From: Eledone cirrhosa | Lineage: Eukaryota | DNA: 64,000 nt | Assembly (NCBI GenBank): GCA_964016885.1 | Contig: OZ024755.1 | Span: 25,854,001-25,918,000 of the forward strand | Direction: 5' to 3' | In this document: piece after piece, positions 25,721-39,397 of the stretch | How the letters are laid out: each line of letters starts with the position of its first letter | Numbering within the stretch: the stretch's first letter is position 1 | The notes under the pieces: generated by a model | What the model saw: the letters and a program-made list of their open reading frames with translations, nothing else | Told to the model about the DNA's origin: nothing | Databases searched by the model: none | Position numbers and translations under genes: made by a program

Positions 25721-26582
25721 TCATAGGGTCTGTTGTTTAAACCACGGATCATCTCTGCGGAAGCAAACTCGAACTAAAGACGGCCTAGCAGCAACAAGGA
25801 AAGTCCCTAAACGATCTCTCATAGCAGACAAATCTTCCTAAAAGATAAACACCCAAATGTCTTTAAATACATATAAAGTTAACTCATGAAACATACCTTG
25901 GATGCATTCCATCATAACAACACATTTACCTTCCCAGCATCTTGTATAGTCAAAGGTAAGTAGGTATCTTCTATACAATATATATATACATATATCAGTT
26001 CAAAATCAAGCAACCTAGAGGCTGGTTAATCCATAGTAATCCGGGTTCGAATGGCAGGTGAGCCACGAAGGCGTGGACAAATAGTTGATAAATGAAACAA
26101 ATCAAACACAGGGATGCAAAAATACAAAGTCATATTAGGTTCAAGCTTGGAGGAAGTGGACGTGAGCTTGAATTTTAACAGGCTAATTGTTTGTTAAATA
26201 TATGTCTATGGTACTAAAACATCACTGCATCTCTCCACGTTTAAACATTAATAACATGAAATTAGAAAACCCTTGGAGTTCCCTCCAAATACTAAGCCTC
26301 ACTTTCACTAAGGATCTCTCATGCCTAATGTACATTACTAAACATGGCCGTAACTGCTTTTAACAGACTGGCTCTTCTCGTCAGCATTGTTTGTTTAAGG
26401 ATTAAATTATGTCAAAGGCAAATAGAAGAAAACGATTTATATAGGAATGTTGGGGCTTCCCTCTAATGATTTTTTAGGTAAACTCACATACTCGAAAGAT
26501 TGCTCCCGGTGATGGCGAGGCTAAGTCGTGAAATAAGCAAGTATCGTATCTTTACTAAGAGCATCAACCGAACCGTGTGTGC

Positions 26583-26633
<51 letters not shown>

Positions 26634-29600
26634 GTTCAGTATCAAGAGACTATGTACGTGTGTGTAATTATGATGCCAATCTCTGGTGCAGGTGACATGA
26701 TGAATTCCTCCCAGTACAATTGAGTTTGACTCGTCATAATACAGATAATTGTGCGAATCTTTATTTTTCTCATTCTGGTTTCTATCAAGTTATTTCATTT
26801 CGGTTAAAAATAATAATGTTTATGTTGTTTATTTTGTTTATCTCGGATGTGTTTATCTCGGATTTGTGAAAAAGCAAGAGTCACTGACAGTGGTGTGTTA
26901 TATGGAGTTTCTACCTCTAACACAAGGGTCAATGATAAAATCATCGAGTCTCAACCACCCACTATTAACAATCTCGCCTTTCTAATTTATTCAATTGCTG
27001 CTAATGTATGTTATTATTAGTTTTAAGGAGTTTTAAACTGGTTCAGTACCACTCAGCAGACGACAGTTAACTACTTAAGATTTATACCTATTATCTCCCC
27101 TTGACTCTATTTGAGCCAAAGAACTGAACACACGCATTTATCTTCCAATCTCCAATTTTTCTCTCAAATCATCCGGAGTTCGTCGTTCAGTTACTGGTAC
27201 ATAATAAATCTAGTGAAGCATGTTCGCTTCGTGTACATATAAATACGTATACATTATGCATAGTCGTGTACACGCATATATGTATATTTTTACATTCATT
27301 TATACATATATATATATATGTAGCACAAAATGTCCGTGTGTGGTAAAGAAAGTAGTGTAAGTGTTGATATAATATATATCTATATTCATACCCAGAACAA
27401 AAAAGGGCTACCTTAGTTTTCAAGGCTCAGTTATTGTCACCTCCCTGAACTGTGTATGGTCAATACTAGACATTGAAACCTAAGTTAGCGCTTTCGCATT
27501 CTGTGTATAATAATGTACAGTGCTCAGGTGCACTACAACTCATCAAAGGTGCATATATAGTACATAAAATAATGTACAAATGTCAGGGAAGTGAATAGTG
27601 TATGAGTCATGATATACATGTGTGTGTGTGTATGGAGGGCGAGTATTAGGTGTAGTGTTGGTGTATCTCAGGAAGCATGGAGGTTTTAAAGGATGCAGTG
27701 TCTCGACAGCTAACAACTGATACCGGGAGTTTGTTCCATGCTTCAGCAACTCTGAGCATGAAAAAAATGTTTCTGAGTGTGTCAGGTTATACGTACGTAG
27801 AGTAAAATCATGCTATAAGTCTAAATTGGTTATTCACTCTTAATTTATATATGGGGTGGCGGGTTAAATTGGGGGTAACCACAGTAAGTAAGGTACTCAA
27901 TACAGAGTCAGATTTCTTAGGTCATTTTACTATAATCACTTTATAATTATTGAAAGCTGTAAATGTAATATGACCTGCTTGGACTCAAATTGTATTTTCT
28001 GACCATTTTAGAGTGCAAAGAGCTAAACTAATCACTACAACTAAATAGACTATTTTGGCACCCCCTAATTCAGAAATGCTTCCACCGCCCCTATAACTAG
28101 AGATAATTATCATTATTCTATTGACTGTGACTGTTCTGAGTTTCATAATTCTGTCACTTTAACACACAGGAAAAAAAAAAAAGACTCCAACACATGAAAG
28201 ACTTATTTATTTATTTATTTCTATCTCAGTTTTTTGAATACTTCAAATTTTTAGCTTCTTTTTCTTTAAAAATATAAAACTCTGCAATGTATAAAATACA
28301 AATTTAGTAATATACAAATGTTGGCAATAATGTGTGGTTTCTGTTGGGAAATAAAGTTTTAAAACCCAGTGGAGTGTTGTTGTGAGTTGCTACAGCTCAC
28401 ACCTAGGTAGATTTAGCTGGCCTCATCATTGAGGTTGTATATCATAGGTTTCTCAGGTATCTTAATGATATGGGCCTCAGTTCTATCATGTTGTTACAGC
28501 TCACACCCAGCACTGTTGAAGTTGGTACGTTTGTACAAATTTGGCACTATTTGCCCTTAATTTGATTTTTCTGTACATTTTATACATCTGGAGTTTTTGG
28601 TAAGTTTTAGCAACTTTGGCTAAATTGAAATTCTAAACTCACCATTTAATGATGTACCATTCCTCAGCTATAATGACCTTTATGTCAAGAAGCTATACAT
28701 TAAATGTATTTGCCCATCAGATCTCACTTGACATCAATAACTCTTCTGTGTAGTATTTCAAATTGGTAGCCAACCATCTTCTGTATTATGCTGGTAGCCA
28801 ATAATAATGCACTATTCACTCACAATTGATCAGTGGAAGTTATACTTGAATAGTTTCTACTGACAAAATGCAAGGACATCTAAATATAGACAGATTAAGA
28901 CAACCCTATCAGTTCAGTTTAAGCTGTTGTGTCACAGCATGCAGTGTGATTTGGTGGTATCATTTTTCAGTATCTGAACCGTTTTGCTTTTTTGAGAAAC
29001 ATTTTGAACTCATCATGAGTGGAAAACAAGTAAATATCATTCTGATAGTGATTAAAGTGACACTCCTCAGAAGAAAAAACTAAAATCCACTTTCTATGAA
29101 ATAAAAGTTCCAAAAACAATGAGAAATTTTCATTGTGGTTGGAATTGAGTAAAAAAAAACACAAGTAAAGGCTACTGTAAATTGTGCAATTGTGAGATAG
29201 CTGGTAGCTTAAGTCAAATACTAAGGCATAAGAAACATACAAAAAGAATGTGAAAGTAGCAAAACAAACAGTGAAGGTGACAGATTTCATCAAGCCTACT
29301 CACTTAACAAAATAGCATCAGCTGAGTTGAAATTGTGTGGATATATTGCTGAGCACAAGTTACCCATTGTTATTTTGGATCATTTGCCTGGCTTATTGCC
29401 AATGTATGCTCTGAGAGAAACCATGGGAGAACCAGAAGATATTTGGAGGTCTTAGAGTTAGATGATATTTTGCATGCAGAAATGAAAGAGAAGGCTAGAG
29501 GGACATATTTAAAAAGAGTAAAAATGATTTTTGAAATCCAACTTCCTGCCAATTCAGTGGAGTATAACATCTAAAAAATTTCTGACACCCAGAAATGCAG

Positions 29601-30482
29601 GTTCTGGGGAAAGAATGTGGAAAATGTAATCCACTTGGTGAGTGGATGTGTTAACCTTGTGCAAAAAGAATACACAAGTGCCGCCATAGTAAAATATGTT
29701 GACACCTTCATTGGCTTCTGTGTCATAAATACCAATATGAAGTCATAGAGAATGGGTATGAGCATGTGCCTTGTAAAGTAATGCACATCGTTTGTCGCAC
29801 GGGTCAACAAGAAACATGTCCCCTGATAGAAAACTAAGTCAGGGTAAAAACATTGGTTACTGGATCTTTACTGAAATGCAAGAAATTTATAAATATAACT
29901 TCTTTCAACACTAGGACCCTAAATGAACTTACATGTGTACAAGAACATCGTTATTATCATCTTGATGATATAATCAAATATTATAATTTAAGAAAAGGCT
30001 GGAAACTTGTGTCTATTTCAGCTGATAAGGCTCATAACAATTCAACTATTGAAGGAGTTGACATGATTTTAAGTCCAAAAGCTGAAGAATCTTTGCTTTG
30101 TATTGAGTCTATAACTCCAGGAATAATGGCACCAACTTTCACTGGAAATTCAAAATGATCCACAATCTGTGGTTGCAGTGTGTTTGTGTGCGCGTCTGAG
30201 TATCTGTGGGTGTGTGTGTGTGTGTGCTTATGTTTGGGCTTATATGTAGTTACCAGATATATACAAATAATATGGTTTGAGTGTGGGAATTGTGTGATAA
30301 TAGGTGTAAGTGTATTAGCAGGTGTGTATGTGCATGCATGTGTGTTAGCGTGTGTGTGTGTTGGCATGTGTATATGTAGATAATATTTTTTGTTGAGAGG
30401 TGGGGAACGTGTTTAATTTTGAGGGGAAGGTGGATGTATGAAAATGTGTTTAAGCCTGTATATGAGTCTATATGTGTGTGGT

Positions 30483-31912
30483 TGAACCCCTTAACCCAAC
30501 GGCCATGTCTACACCTATGTTGTGAAATGACCCCTTAACCCAACGGCCATGTCTACACCTATGTTGTGAAGTGAACTCCTTAACCATAGCCATGTCTACA
30601 CCTATGTTGTGAAGTGAACTCCTTAACCACAGCCATGTCTACACCTATGTTGTGAAGTGAACTCCTTAACCATAGCCACGTCTACACCTATGTTGTGAAA
30701 TGACCCCCTTAACCACAGCCATGTCTACACCTATGTTGTGAAGTGAACTCCTTAACCATAGCCATGTCTACACCTATGTTGTGAAGTGAACTCCTTAACC
30801 ACAGCCATGTCTACACCTATGTTGTGAAGTGAACTCCTTAACCATAGCCACGTCTACACCTATGTTGTGAAATGACCCCCTTAACCACAGCCATGTCTAC
30901 ACCTATGTTGTGAAGTGAACTCCTTAACCATAGCCATGTCTACACCTATGTTGTGAAGTGAACTCCTTAACCACAGCCATGTCTACACCTATGTTGTGAA
31001 GTGAACTCCTTAACAACACAGCCATGTCTACACCTATGTTGTGAAATGACCCCCTTAACCACAGCCATGTCTACACCTATGTTGTGAAGTGAACTCCTTA
31101 ACCACAGCCATGTCTACACCTATGTTGTGAAGTGAACTCCTTAACAACACAGCCATGTCTACACCTATGTTGTGAAATGACCCCCTTAACCACACAGCCA
31201 TGTCTACACCTATGTTGTGAAGTGAACTCCTTAACCACAGTCATGTCTACACCTATGTTGTGAAGTGAACTCCTTAACCACAGCCATGTCTACACCTATG
31301 TTGTGAAGTGAACTCCTTAACCACAGCCATGTCTACACCTATGTTGTGAAATGACCCCCTTAACCACAGCCATGTCTACACCTATGTTGTGAAATGACCC
31401 CCTTAACCACACAGCCATGTCTACACCTATGTTGTGAAGTGAACTCCTTAACAACACAGCCATGTCTACACCTATGTTGTGAAATGACCCCCTTAACCAC
31501 AGCCATGTCTACACCTATGTTGTGAAATGACCCCCTTAACCACAGCCATGTCTACACCTATGTTGTGAAGTGAACTCTTTAACAACACAGCCATGTCTAC
31601 ACCTATGTTGTGAAATGACCCCCTTAACCACAGCCATGTCTACACCTATGTTGTGAAGTGAACTCCTTAACCACAGTCATGTCTACACCTATGTTGTGAA
31701 GTGAACTCCTTAACCACACAGCCATGTCTACACCTATGTTGTGAAATGAACTCCTTAACCACAGCCATGTCTACACCTATGTTGTGAAGTGAACTCCTTA
31801 ACCACAGCCATGTCTACACCTAAGTTGTGAAATGACCCCCTTAACCACACAGCCATGTCTACACCTATGTTGTGAAGTGAACACCTTGACCACATAGTCA
31901 TGCCTGCACCTG
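30483..31912. repeat. Same 43-bp satellite in unit B, about 33 units
   Basis: Directly visible tandem repeat. Confidence 0.97.
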
Positions 31913-33849
31913 TATAATCATTACATATAATCTTACATATTGAATTGTTTGTAATCATGCTACATGGAGATCATAATCATTGTTTATTGATCTAGCATGC
32001 TGATTGTATAGGAAGATATTGGTTTATCTTAAACATTTTCTCTTTCATTTCCGCTGCTATTTTACCATTCATTAAGAATTGGACACTAAATTCTCTTCCA
32101 TCAACTGCCATCATCATCATCGTCATCATCATCATCCTTATCGTTGTCATCATCATCATCATAGTCATCATCATTGTCATCACCATCACATTACATCACC
32201 ACCACCATCATCATCATCCTCATTATTATGGAAGGGAAGGGGGAAGTCTCATGGTTTAATTAATGAGGAGTTCTAAATTTCCTCATTTGAGGGAGTTTCA
32301 TTGTGAATCAGTGTAGAGGTCTTTAGGGTGAGGGAGACACTTGAAGGGGTGGGGTGGGGGTGGGGGCTTGGAAGAGGGGGGTGGGCGCTTGAGGGATAGG
32401 GCTAGGGACTTGGAGGAGAGGGTTGGGGGCTTTAGGATGAGGGAGAGGGACTTGAAGGGAGTGGGGACTCAAAGGGAGGGTGGGCACTTGAATGGGGTGG
32501 TGGGGACTCGAAAGGGAGGTTGGGAATTTGAAGGGGGTGGCGATTCGAAAGGGAGGGCGGGGAACTTGAAGGGGGTGGGGACTCGAAAGGGAGGACGGGG
32601 AACTTCAAGTGGGTGGGGGGCTCGAAAGGGAGGGCGGGGAACTTGAAGGGGATGGGGATTTGAAGGAGAGGGGCGTGGGCCGTGAAGGGGGAGGATGCAG
32701 GACTTTAGGGTAAGGATTTAAGTGACGGTATTATAAAGTAATATCAGTGTACTCATCTCACAAGTGAAGTCTCTATTGAGAACTCGTCTCATGCGTGGAG
32801 TCTGTATTTTGATGAGTGGAGTTTATATTCTGTGTGGTGAGTGGAGTCTGTATTGTTGTGAGTAGCGTCTGTATTGTGAGTGGAGCCTGTATTCTGATGA
32901 GTGGAGTCGGTACTGTTGTGAGTGGAGCCTGTACTCTGATGAGTGAAGTCAGTACTGTTGTGAGTGAACCTTCTGTACTGTTGTGAGTTAAGACTGACTG
33001 TCCAATTGCAGCTATTATGTTTTCAGGTCTCTTAAGACTTTAGCTCACATTTATTCCGCGAGAACAGAGAGATCCTAACTAACTGATGACTCTACATGAT
33101 AGCCTGGCCTCCTAGAAATAGCAATCACACCAAGTATGGCTGACTATGAGGTTAATGTTAAGACTAAATGAAATAACTCAGAATGTTCTCCATACTAAAT
33201 ACACACACACGGTCGGCTTGGACATGTGTTATAGAGAAAGTTGATGATAAACTTCCACCAACGGAGATTATCTTAGCAATTAGTAAACAAAATCTCCCTT
33301 CAGATATGTTTAAAATCTAAAATCAACTAACAAGGGAAATAACTCAATTTAAGTCATTTGATCAAAAGGTTTCGGTACAACTGCGCGACACGCTGAGGTA
33401 GTATTTTCTACTAGAGCTTCAAGTCGACCAAAGTTTTGTGTGACATTTGGTAAAGGGAAACTGTGTAGAAGCCTCTAGGGTGTTGTTTTTATGTTGGGCT
33501 GGTAGACTTCCCCCGTCAAACAGTTAATTATCACCATCCGACAGAAGATATGGCTTTAGAAACATTAAAGTTTGGACCATGTCGCCAGTCAAAGAGTAAC
33601 CTCATTCTTCCATCTTTTCACTAGTCACAGAGGCCCTTAAAATGAGTTGTCTCGACTGTTCCTCTTTTTACTAAGCAATAAGGAGAGAAAGAAAATAAAA
33701 CAGACTAATCATCAGTGAGGGACACGTTTTTCTCTGACACCGATCAAAATAAAACAAGAATGTTTCCGCTTTATCCAACAACTTTCAGTTTTGTAAATTT
33801 TATTTCCTGTAATGAAGTATTTTAATATTTGGTAGAATGTTGAGGCGAA

Positions 33850-33979
33850 ATGTCTAGCATGGAAGAGTCAGCTATTAATATCATAAAACGTGCAATTACT
33901 CTCGACAAGGAGAGGCAGTTTGAACAATCCGTGGTTTGTTATGAAGAAGGAATTGGTCTCTTGCTAACAGCTATGAAAA
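33850..33979 (+). CDS. MITD1: MITD1-B coding exon 1
   Basis: [26 protein letters not shown]...; donor gtaagt at 33980. Confidence 0.9.
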
Positions 33980-36900
33980 GTAAGTTTTACATGTGTCTGT
34001 CTCTTATTCTGCTTCCCTTGCTATTTTAAACAACGGCAGTATATATAATAACAATAAACACTTATCTGGTGCCATATATACATCATAGTCAACGAAGTTT
34101 GTTTAACGAAGAATGAATAAGACTCCTTTACCCTCTGTAACACTAGAAATAATATAATTATATATAAGAATAATCTATTCTATACTATAATAATTGTTTC
34201 TACTTTTGGCACAAGGTAAGCAATTACTGGTACTTTATTTTATCGACCCCGTAATACTATAATAATTGTTTCTACTTTTATGCCAGTGTATTACTGGTAC
34301 AGTACTTTATTTTATCGACCCCGTAAGGATGAAAGGTAAAGTTAACCTTAGCGGGATTTGAACTTAGACCCCCTCCCCAAATACAGTTATAGTTTCCATG
34401 AACATTTCCTCCTCCCCTTTGTCAGTTGTAAGAAGTTATATTTGTTATGTTGCAGCGTTCAGTGACAAGACAAAGAAGGATAAGTACCGTGAGAAGATCA
34501 TTGAGTACATGACCAGAGCAGAAACACTGAAGAAAATTACAAAGAAATTAAAAGAAGGTATTGACTTTTTATCTGCAGGGGTGGGGATTGAGCATTTGTC
34601 ACTCTTAACATCTATACCACATGAAACTACATTAGCAAGACATTCTTGAAAAGTATAAAACAACACTATGGCTTACATTAAAGTTTTTATTTTAGTTTAC
34701 TGCAAATTTTCACAACAATTTGTCCATTACTAAAGATTCTATAAATAATTGCATTAACCAATCTCGGTTGTTGTTTTTTTTTTAGCAATTATGGCTAAAT
34801 CATTACAGGATGTTAAGAGTTAATGACAAATGGTAGATGGTAAGGGTGTATTATTATAGTTGTGAAGCAAATTTCTTAACCACCCAACCATGCCTGCACC
34901 TATCTCTCTCCCTGAAACATATACACAGACTCCTTCTCTCAGACACACTCACATTCACTTACTAACATATACACTCACATACATACATACTGACAATCCT
35001 ACATTGATATCTTGTTATTCACCATACAGCTGAGAAATTCAACAAAGTTATCCAGATTGAAGAGAACTCAATTGGTCATGACTACAGTACAATATTTAGT
35101 GATTTACTGGACATTACCTTAACTGAGGTCGAAGTTGATGATCCCTATATCCGCCAGCACCACCAGGTAATATATTTATATTCTATCACATCAGTTTTTA
35201 TTAAGGAAATTAGAGAATGGCTACCGTTATTCACTGGCACCTTTAGGTTTCATTATGTGTATATATATAATATGTAAACGGGTAAAGGGTAAAGACCTCC
35301 TTCGGTCACGAGTCTGAGGCACAAGTCCAGAAAAGGTTGTTTATGGAAGACCAGCAGTCGCCCATGCGTACTAGCTTCCCCTCTTCACACCACATGTTGT
35401 CGTAGGGAAAGGCAATGGCCAATACAGCTTGGCAACTGAGACGTCGCGACTGGAGCAACGTGAAATAAAGTGTCTCGCTCAAGGACACAATGCATCACCC
35501 AGTTCAAGAATTGAACTCACAACCTCCTGATTGCAAGCCCAATGCTCTAACCATATATTATATGTATATATTAGTTCTGTTCAACTCAAACAAGCAAATA
35601 TGGAAAGAAAATATATGTATACCAAAATGCTGATAAAGAGGATATATTAATTAGCAATAATTAAAATTAAAATATTTACAGACTTTTAAAATATAAGGAA
35701 CTTAGGACAGTCAATGGTCATCTAATAGTGTAAAACAAAAAAAAAAAAAGAAAGCAGGCAGACAGAGCTTGTTAGCTTTAGTAGGACAAGAATCACTCTG
35801 ATTTCAAACCCGCAGTAGGTAGGACTTTATTGTTAGCTGGGTGACAACCTTTTGAGTGGCCAATAGCTTCATCCTGTGATTAAGGCAGATGAGCATCAGC
35901 TCAGTAGCTAGTTTCCAAGTAATGGACAGATGAGGGTTCGAGACCCCTTGACATCACTCTTTCCCCTGGTGAGATTTATGGACATACAACATCTAATAGA
36001 ATAATATTGGTGCTATTGTCATTGGTCCCTGACACTCAGCAATGAGGAAGAAAGGAGGCCAGATCATATATTTGTGAAGGCTCATAGCTGAGTTAAAGTG
36101 TTGGGATCACACTCATGATACTGAGTTTGATACCTGTACTGGGGGAGGTGGTGCATTCTGTCCTTGAGCAAGACACTTTATTTAGTGTTGCTCCAGTCCA
36201 CTTAACTGAGGGGGTTGTAAAATGACTTTCAACAAGACTTGTGCTAAGCTGTTTATATTTTAATTAAAATTGGAATCCTTAAAAATGAGTGGTCATAGTT
36301 TCACAGGGATGCAGGTTGGTATCAAAAGGGTTTAAATAGGTAGTATTAACAACAACAACAACAATAGTTTTCTTTTCTCTCATTTAATATTTTTCTTCTT
36401 TTTTATAAATGGCAATAACAACAATAAGGTCGCAGGGTGGCAATATTAGTAAGGGGCTAGGGGTTAGTCAATGTAATCGACATAATTAAAAGCAGTACTT
36501 GAATGGTCCTTTATTTTATTGGCCCCTACATTTCATCCAGTCCTTAGAAGCTATGATAAAGAACTAAATTGACAATTTATTTTGTCTGATGCTCCAATGA
36601 TTTTCTGAAATACACCATCTCATAATGATAATAATTATAATTTCTGTTATATATATATAATTTAAATGAAAAACTCTCTTTATGGGAGTATAAGCCAGAC
36701 AGATAAAATAAAGTTAGTCTAACTTATATAAAGATCTCCCTACCATGGTTTCGTTTGTGGAAGAAACAATTTATTGGAAATACCAATATTGGAAGAATCC
36801 GCAATACTCTTCTGGGGAGTTTATTCTTCAAAACTAAGAGGCTATATTGATCAGGAAATTATACACACCGTTTCAATTGCCAAGGCAACATGCTGTCCAA

Positions 36901-39308
36901 AACACATTCTGCTCACACAAAAAAGGGCAAATACAGTGTAAGTACAAATAGTCGATTACATTGACAACCTACCTTGGGTGGAGATTGCAAACAAAACTAA
37001 CAGGGATGTAACTTTAGACATTGTATACCCTGCTAACTTTGAACATATAAAAGAAAACTCCCTACCTTTTCAATATAGTCCCTGGAAAAAAACAATGCAG
37101 TTATTAATAAGATTTGGTAGTGATGGTGCCAAAATAAAGGAACACAGTAGACTCTGTATACCAGCTGACATTAGGAGAAGCAGCCAACCATAAAAACCAT
37201 GACAAAATGGAACATGAGCTAGAAGTGGTTCTCCAACCCACCTTTTCTCAAACTGAAAAGTGGGCATCAAATGATGATATAACTCTATGGTAAGGGGGTA
37301 CAGACATAGCTGTGTGGTTAAGGAAGTACAGGCATGGCTGTATGGTTAAAGTGGTACAGACATGGTCGTGTGGTTAAGGAGGTATAGGCATGGCTGTGTG
37401 GTTAAAGTGGTACGGATATGGCTGTGTGGTTAAAGTGGTAAAGACTTGGCTGGGTGGTTAAAGTGGTAAAGACATGGCTGGGTGGTTAAAGTGGTAAAGA
37501 CATGGCTGGGTGGTTAAGGAAGTACAGACATGGCTGTGTGGTTAAGCCGGTACAGACTTGGCTGTGTGGTTAAGCCATTACAGACATGGCTGTGTGGTTA
37601 AGGTGGTACAAACATGGCAGTGTGGTTAAGCCAGTACAGATAGCTGACTGGTTAAGGAGCTGTAGGTATGGCTTTATAGTGATGTTGACGTTGATTTTTT
37701 GTATTCTTCCAGATTATGAACTTTCTGCGATTCTGTGAACTTCTGCACAAATCTGCTGCAAACGTAAAATTAATCACTCTAAATACAAGCTCTGAAAATG
37801 TAAGTATTGTTGAGTTAACGAGGGCTTATTAGATCATTTAATGAGGGGAACCTGTATATGATTGTTGATCATTCTATTGTTGAGTTAACAAGAGCAGCTT
37901 CTATATGGTTGCTGGACATATTAGAAAAGGTAGTCAAATTCCCCTCATGTTTCACCTTGACTCTATGAATATCAATTAGATATTAAACTGCACTAAACAG
38001 ATGAATTCTCTTCCTTAATTCTCACTATTTGAACATCCCCGAAAGAAATTTTGGTTCTGAAATTGCAAGGATAACTTCAGTTGGTTGTAGTTTTGTGCCT
38101 CCCACTCTCCATCTTCAGATAGGGAGACACTATTTGTATATATACACTTTATGCAGAATGTTCCCCCTCCTCAGGTATTTCCATTTTACCTATTGTTGAC
38201 ATAAGTAATCTACACATTATTTCTTTTTCCCTTTCCTATATCTATCTGACCATTTTTAGTCTAACCAGCTTACAAGGTGAATATGCTTTGTTGAAGAGAT
38301 GTAATAAGATCGAAACATGTCCAATGCTTTCACCAAGTTGACTTATAGACCAGTTCCACTTCCATAGCATTTTTTGAAATTGTTCCACTCCATCAATCCC
38401 CTACACTCCACCAGTTAACCTACACTCCACCAGTTGACCACACTCCACCAATTAACTTTCACTCCACCAGTTAAGCTCTACTCACCCAATTTCTTATTCC
38501 ATTACAGAATAGCGACAAGGTAGCCCAACAAAAAAACGCATTATCTACGATGCATGAAGAGTTTAAAAGACACAAAATTGATTTAGTTGTCACCTACAGC
38601 AAATCCTTGCACGATAGAGAAGTAAGGTGAGTCAACACTTTAAACCCTTTGTAATACTAAACCACTCTTAAACCTTTTGTAATATAAAACCACCTGAAAC
38701 TGCCCCTGGTTCTATGATACAGGACTTTATTTTAAAGTGTTTATATTTATCTAAAAACCATCCATCATAAGTTTATGTAAGAACCTATGTTATATAATGT
38801 TCCAAACACTGTCATAATTATATGAAAGTTATTTGGGGATTTTCAGAATGATTTGAAAATCATAAACAGTGTCTTTCATTAGAAATATGGTAACAATTGT
38901 TAAAGTGTTAATATTTATCTAAAACTTTTCCATTATAATTTTATATAAGAACCTTTATTATGTTTCAAACCTCAGTTTAATCATGAGAAAGATAGTTATG
39001 TTACAAATCTCTCTATCAAAGATTTTAGATAAATATAAACACTTTAACAAACAGCAGGGTGTCCTATGTTCTACCAATACTGCCAATCCCCTGCCCACAA
39101 CAACAATAATAATAATAATGTTCTTTTCTGTTTCATTGAACTCAGGTTTAATAACGGCTGGATTATTAAGATTGGTCGTGGCCTCGACTATTTCAAGAAT
39201 GTTCCAAAGTTCAGCATTGGTTTCCAAGACTATGACCTACGACCCTGTCAAGAGACAACTATTAATATCTTCCATGCCAAACATGTTTCCAAGGACAAAG
39301 AGAGTTAA
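33850..39308 (+). CDS. MITD1: MIT domain-containing protein 1, copy B (exons 33850-33979, 34456-34557, 35030-35166, 37713-37799, 38508-38626, 39146-39308; 245 aa)
   Basis: Same exon structure and motifs as copy A; open frame throughout; one extra codon in exon 5. Confidence 0.95.
34456..34557 (+). CDS. MITD1: MITD1-B coding exon 2
   Basis: Identical to copy A exon 2; AG/GT borders. Confidence 0.92.
35030..35166 (+). CDS. MITD1: MITD1-B coding exon 3
   Basis: ...[29 protein letters not shown]; AG/GT borders. Confidence 0.93.
37288..37665. repeat. 28-bp minisatellite in MITD1-B intron 3
   Basis: About 13 units. Confidence 0.93.
37713..37799 (+). CDS. MITD1: MITD1-B coding exon 4
   Basis: Identical to copy A exon 4. 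Confidence 0.93.
38508..38626 (+). CDS. MITD1: MITD1-B coding exon 5
   Basis: [40 protein letters not shown]; AG/GT borders. Confidence 0.92.
39146..39308 (+). CDS. MITD1: MITD1-B coding exon 6
   Basis: [22 protein letters not shown]...SKDKES*. Confidence 0.95.
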
Positions 39309-39325
39309 AATTTAACTACAAACCA

Positions 39326-39397
<72 letters not shown>

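Larger units (their letters stand above)
2090..30179 (+). repeat. Tandem segmental duplication, unit A
   Basis: Collinear, near-identical blocks to 30180-51856 (satellite, MITD1, downstream intergenic DNA); left edge lies in a (TG)n tract and is approximate. Confidence 0.9.
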
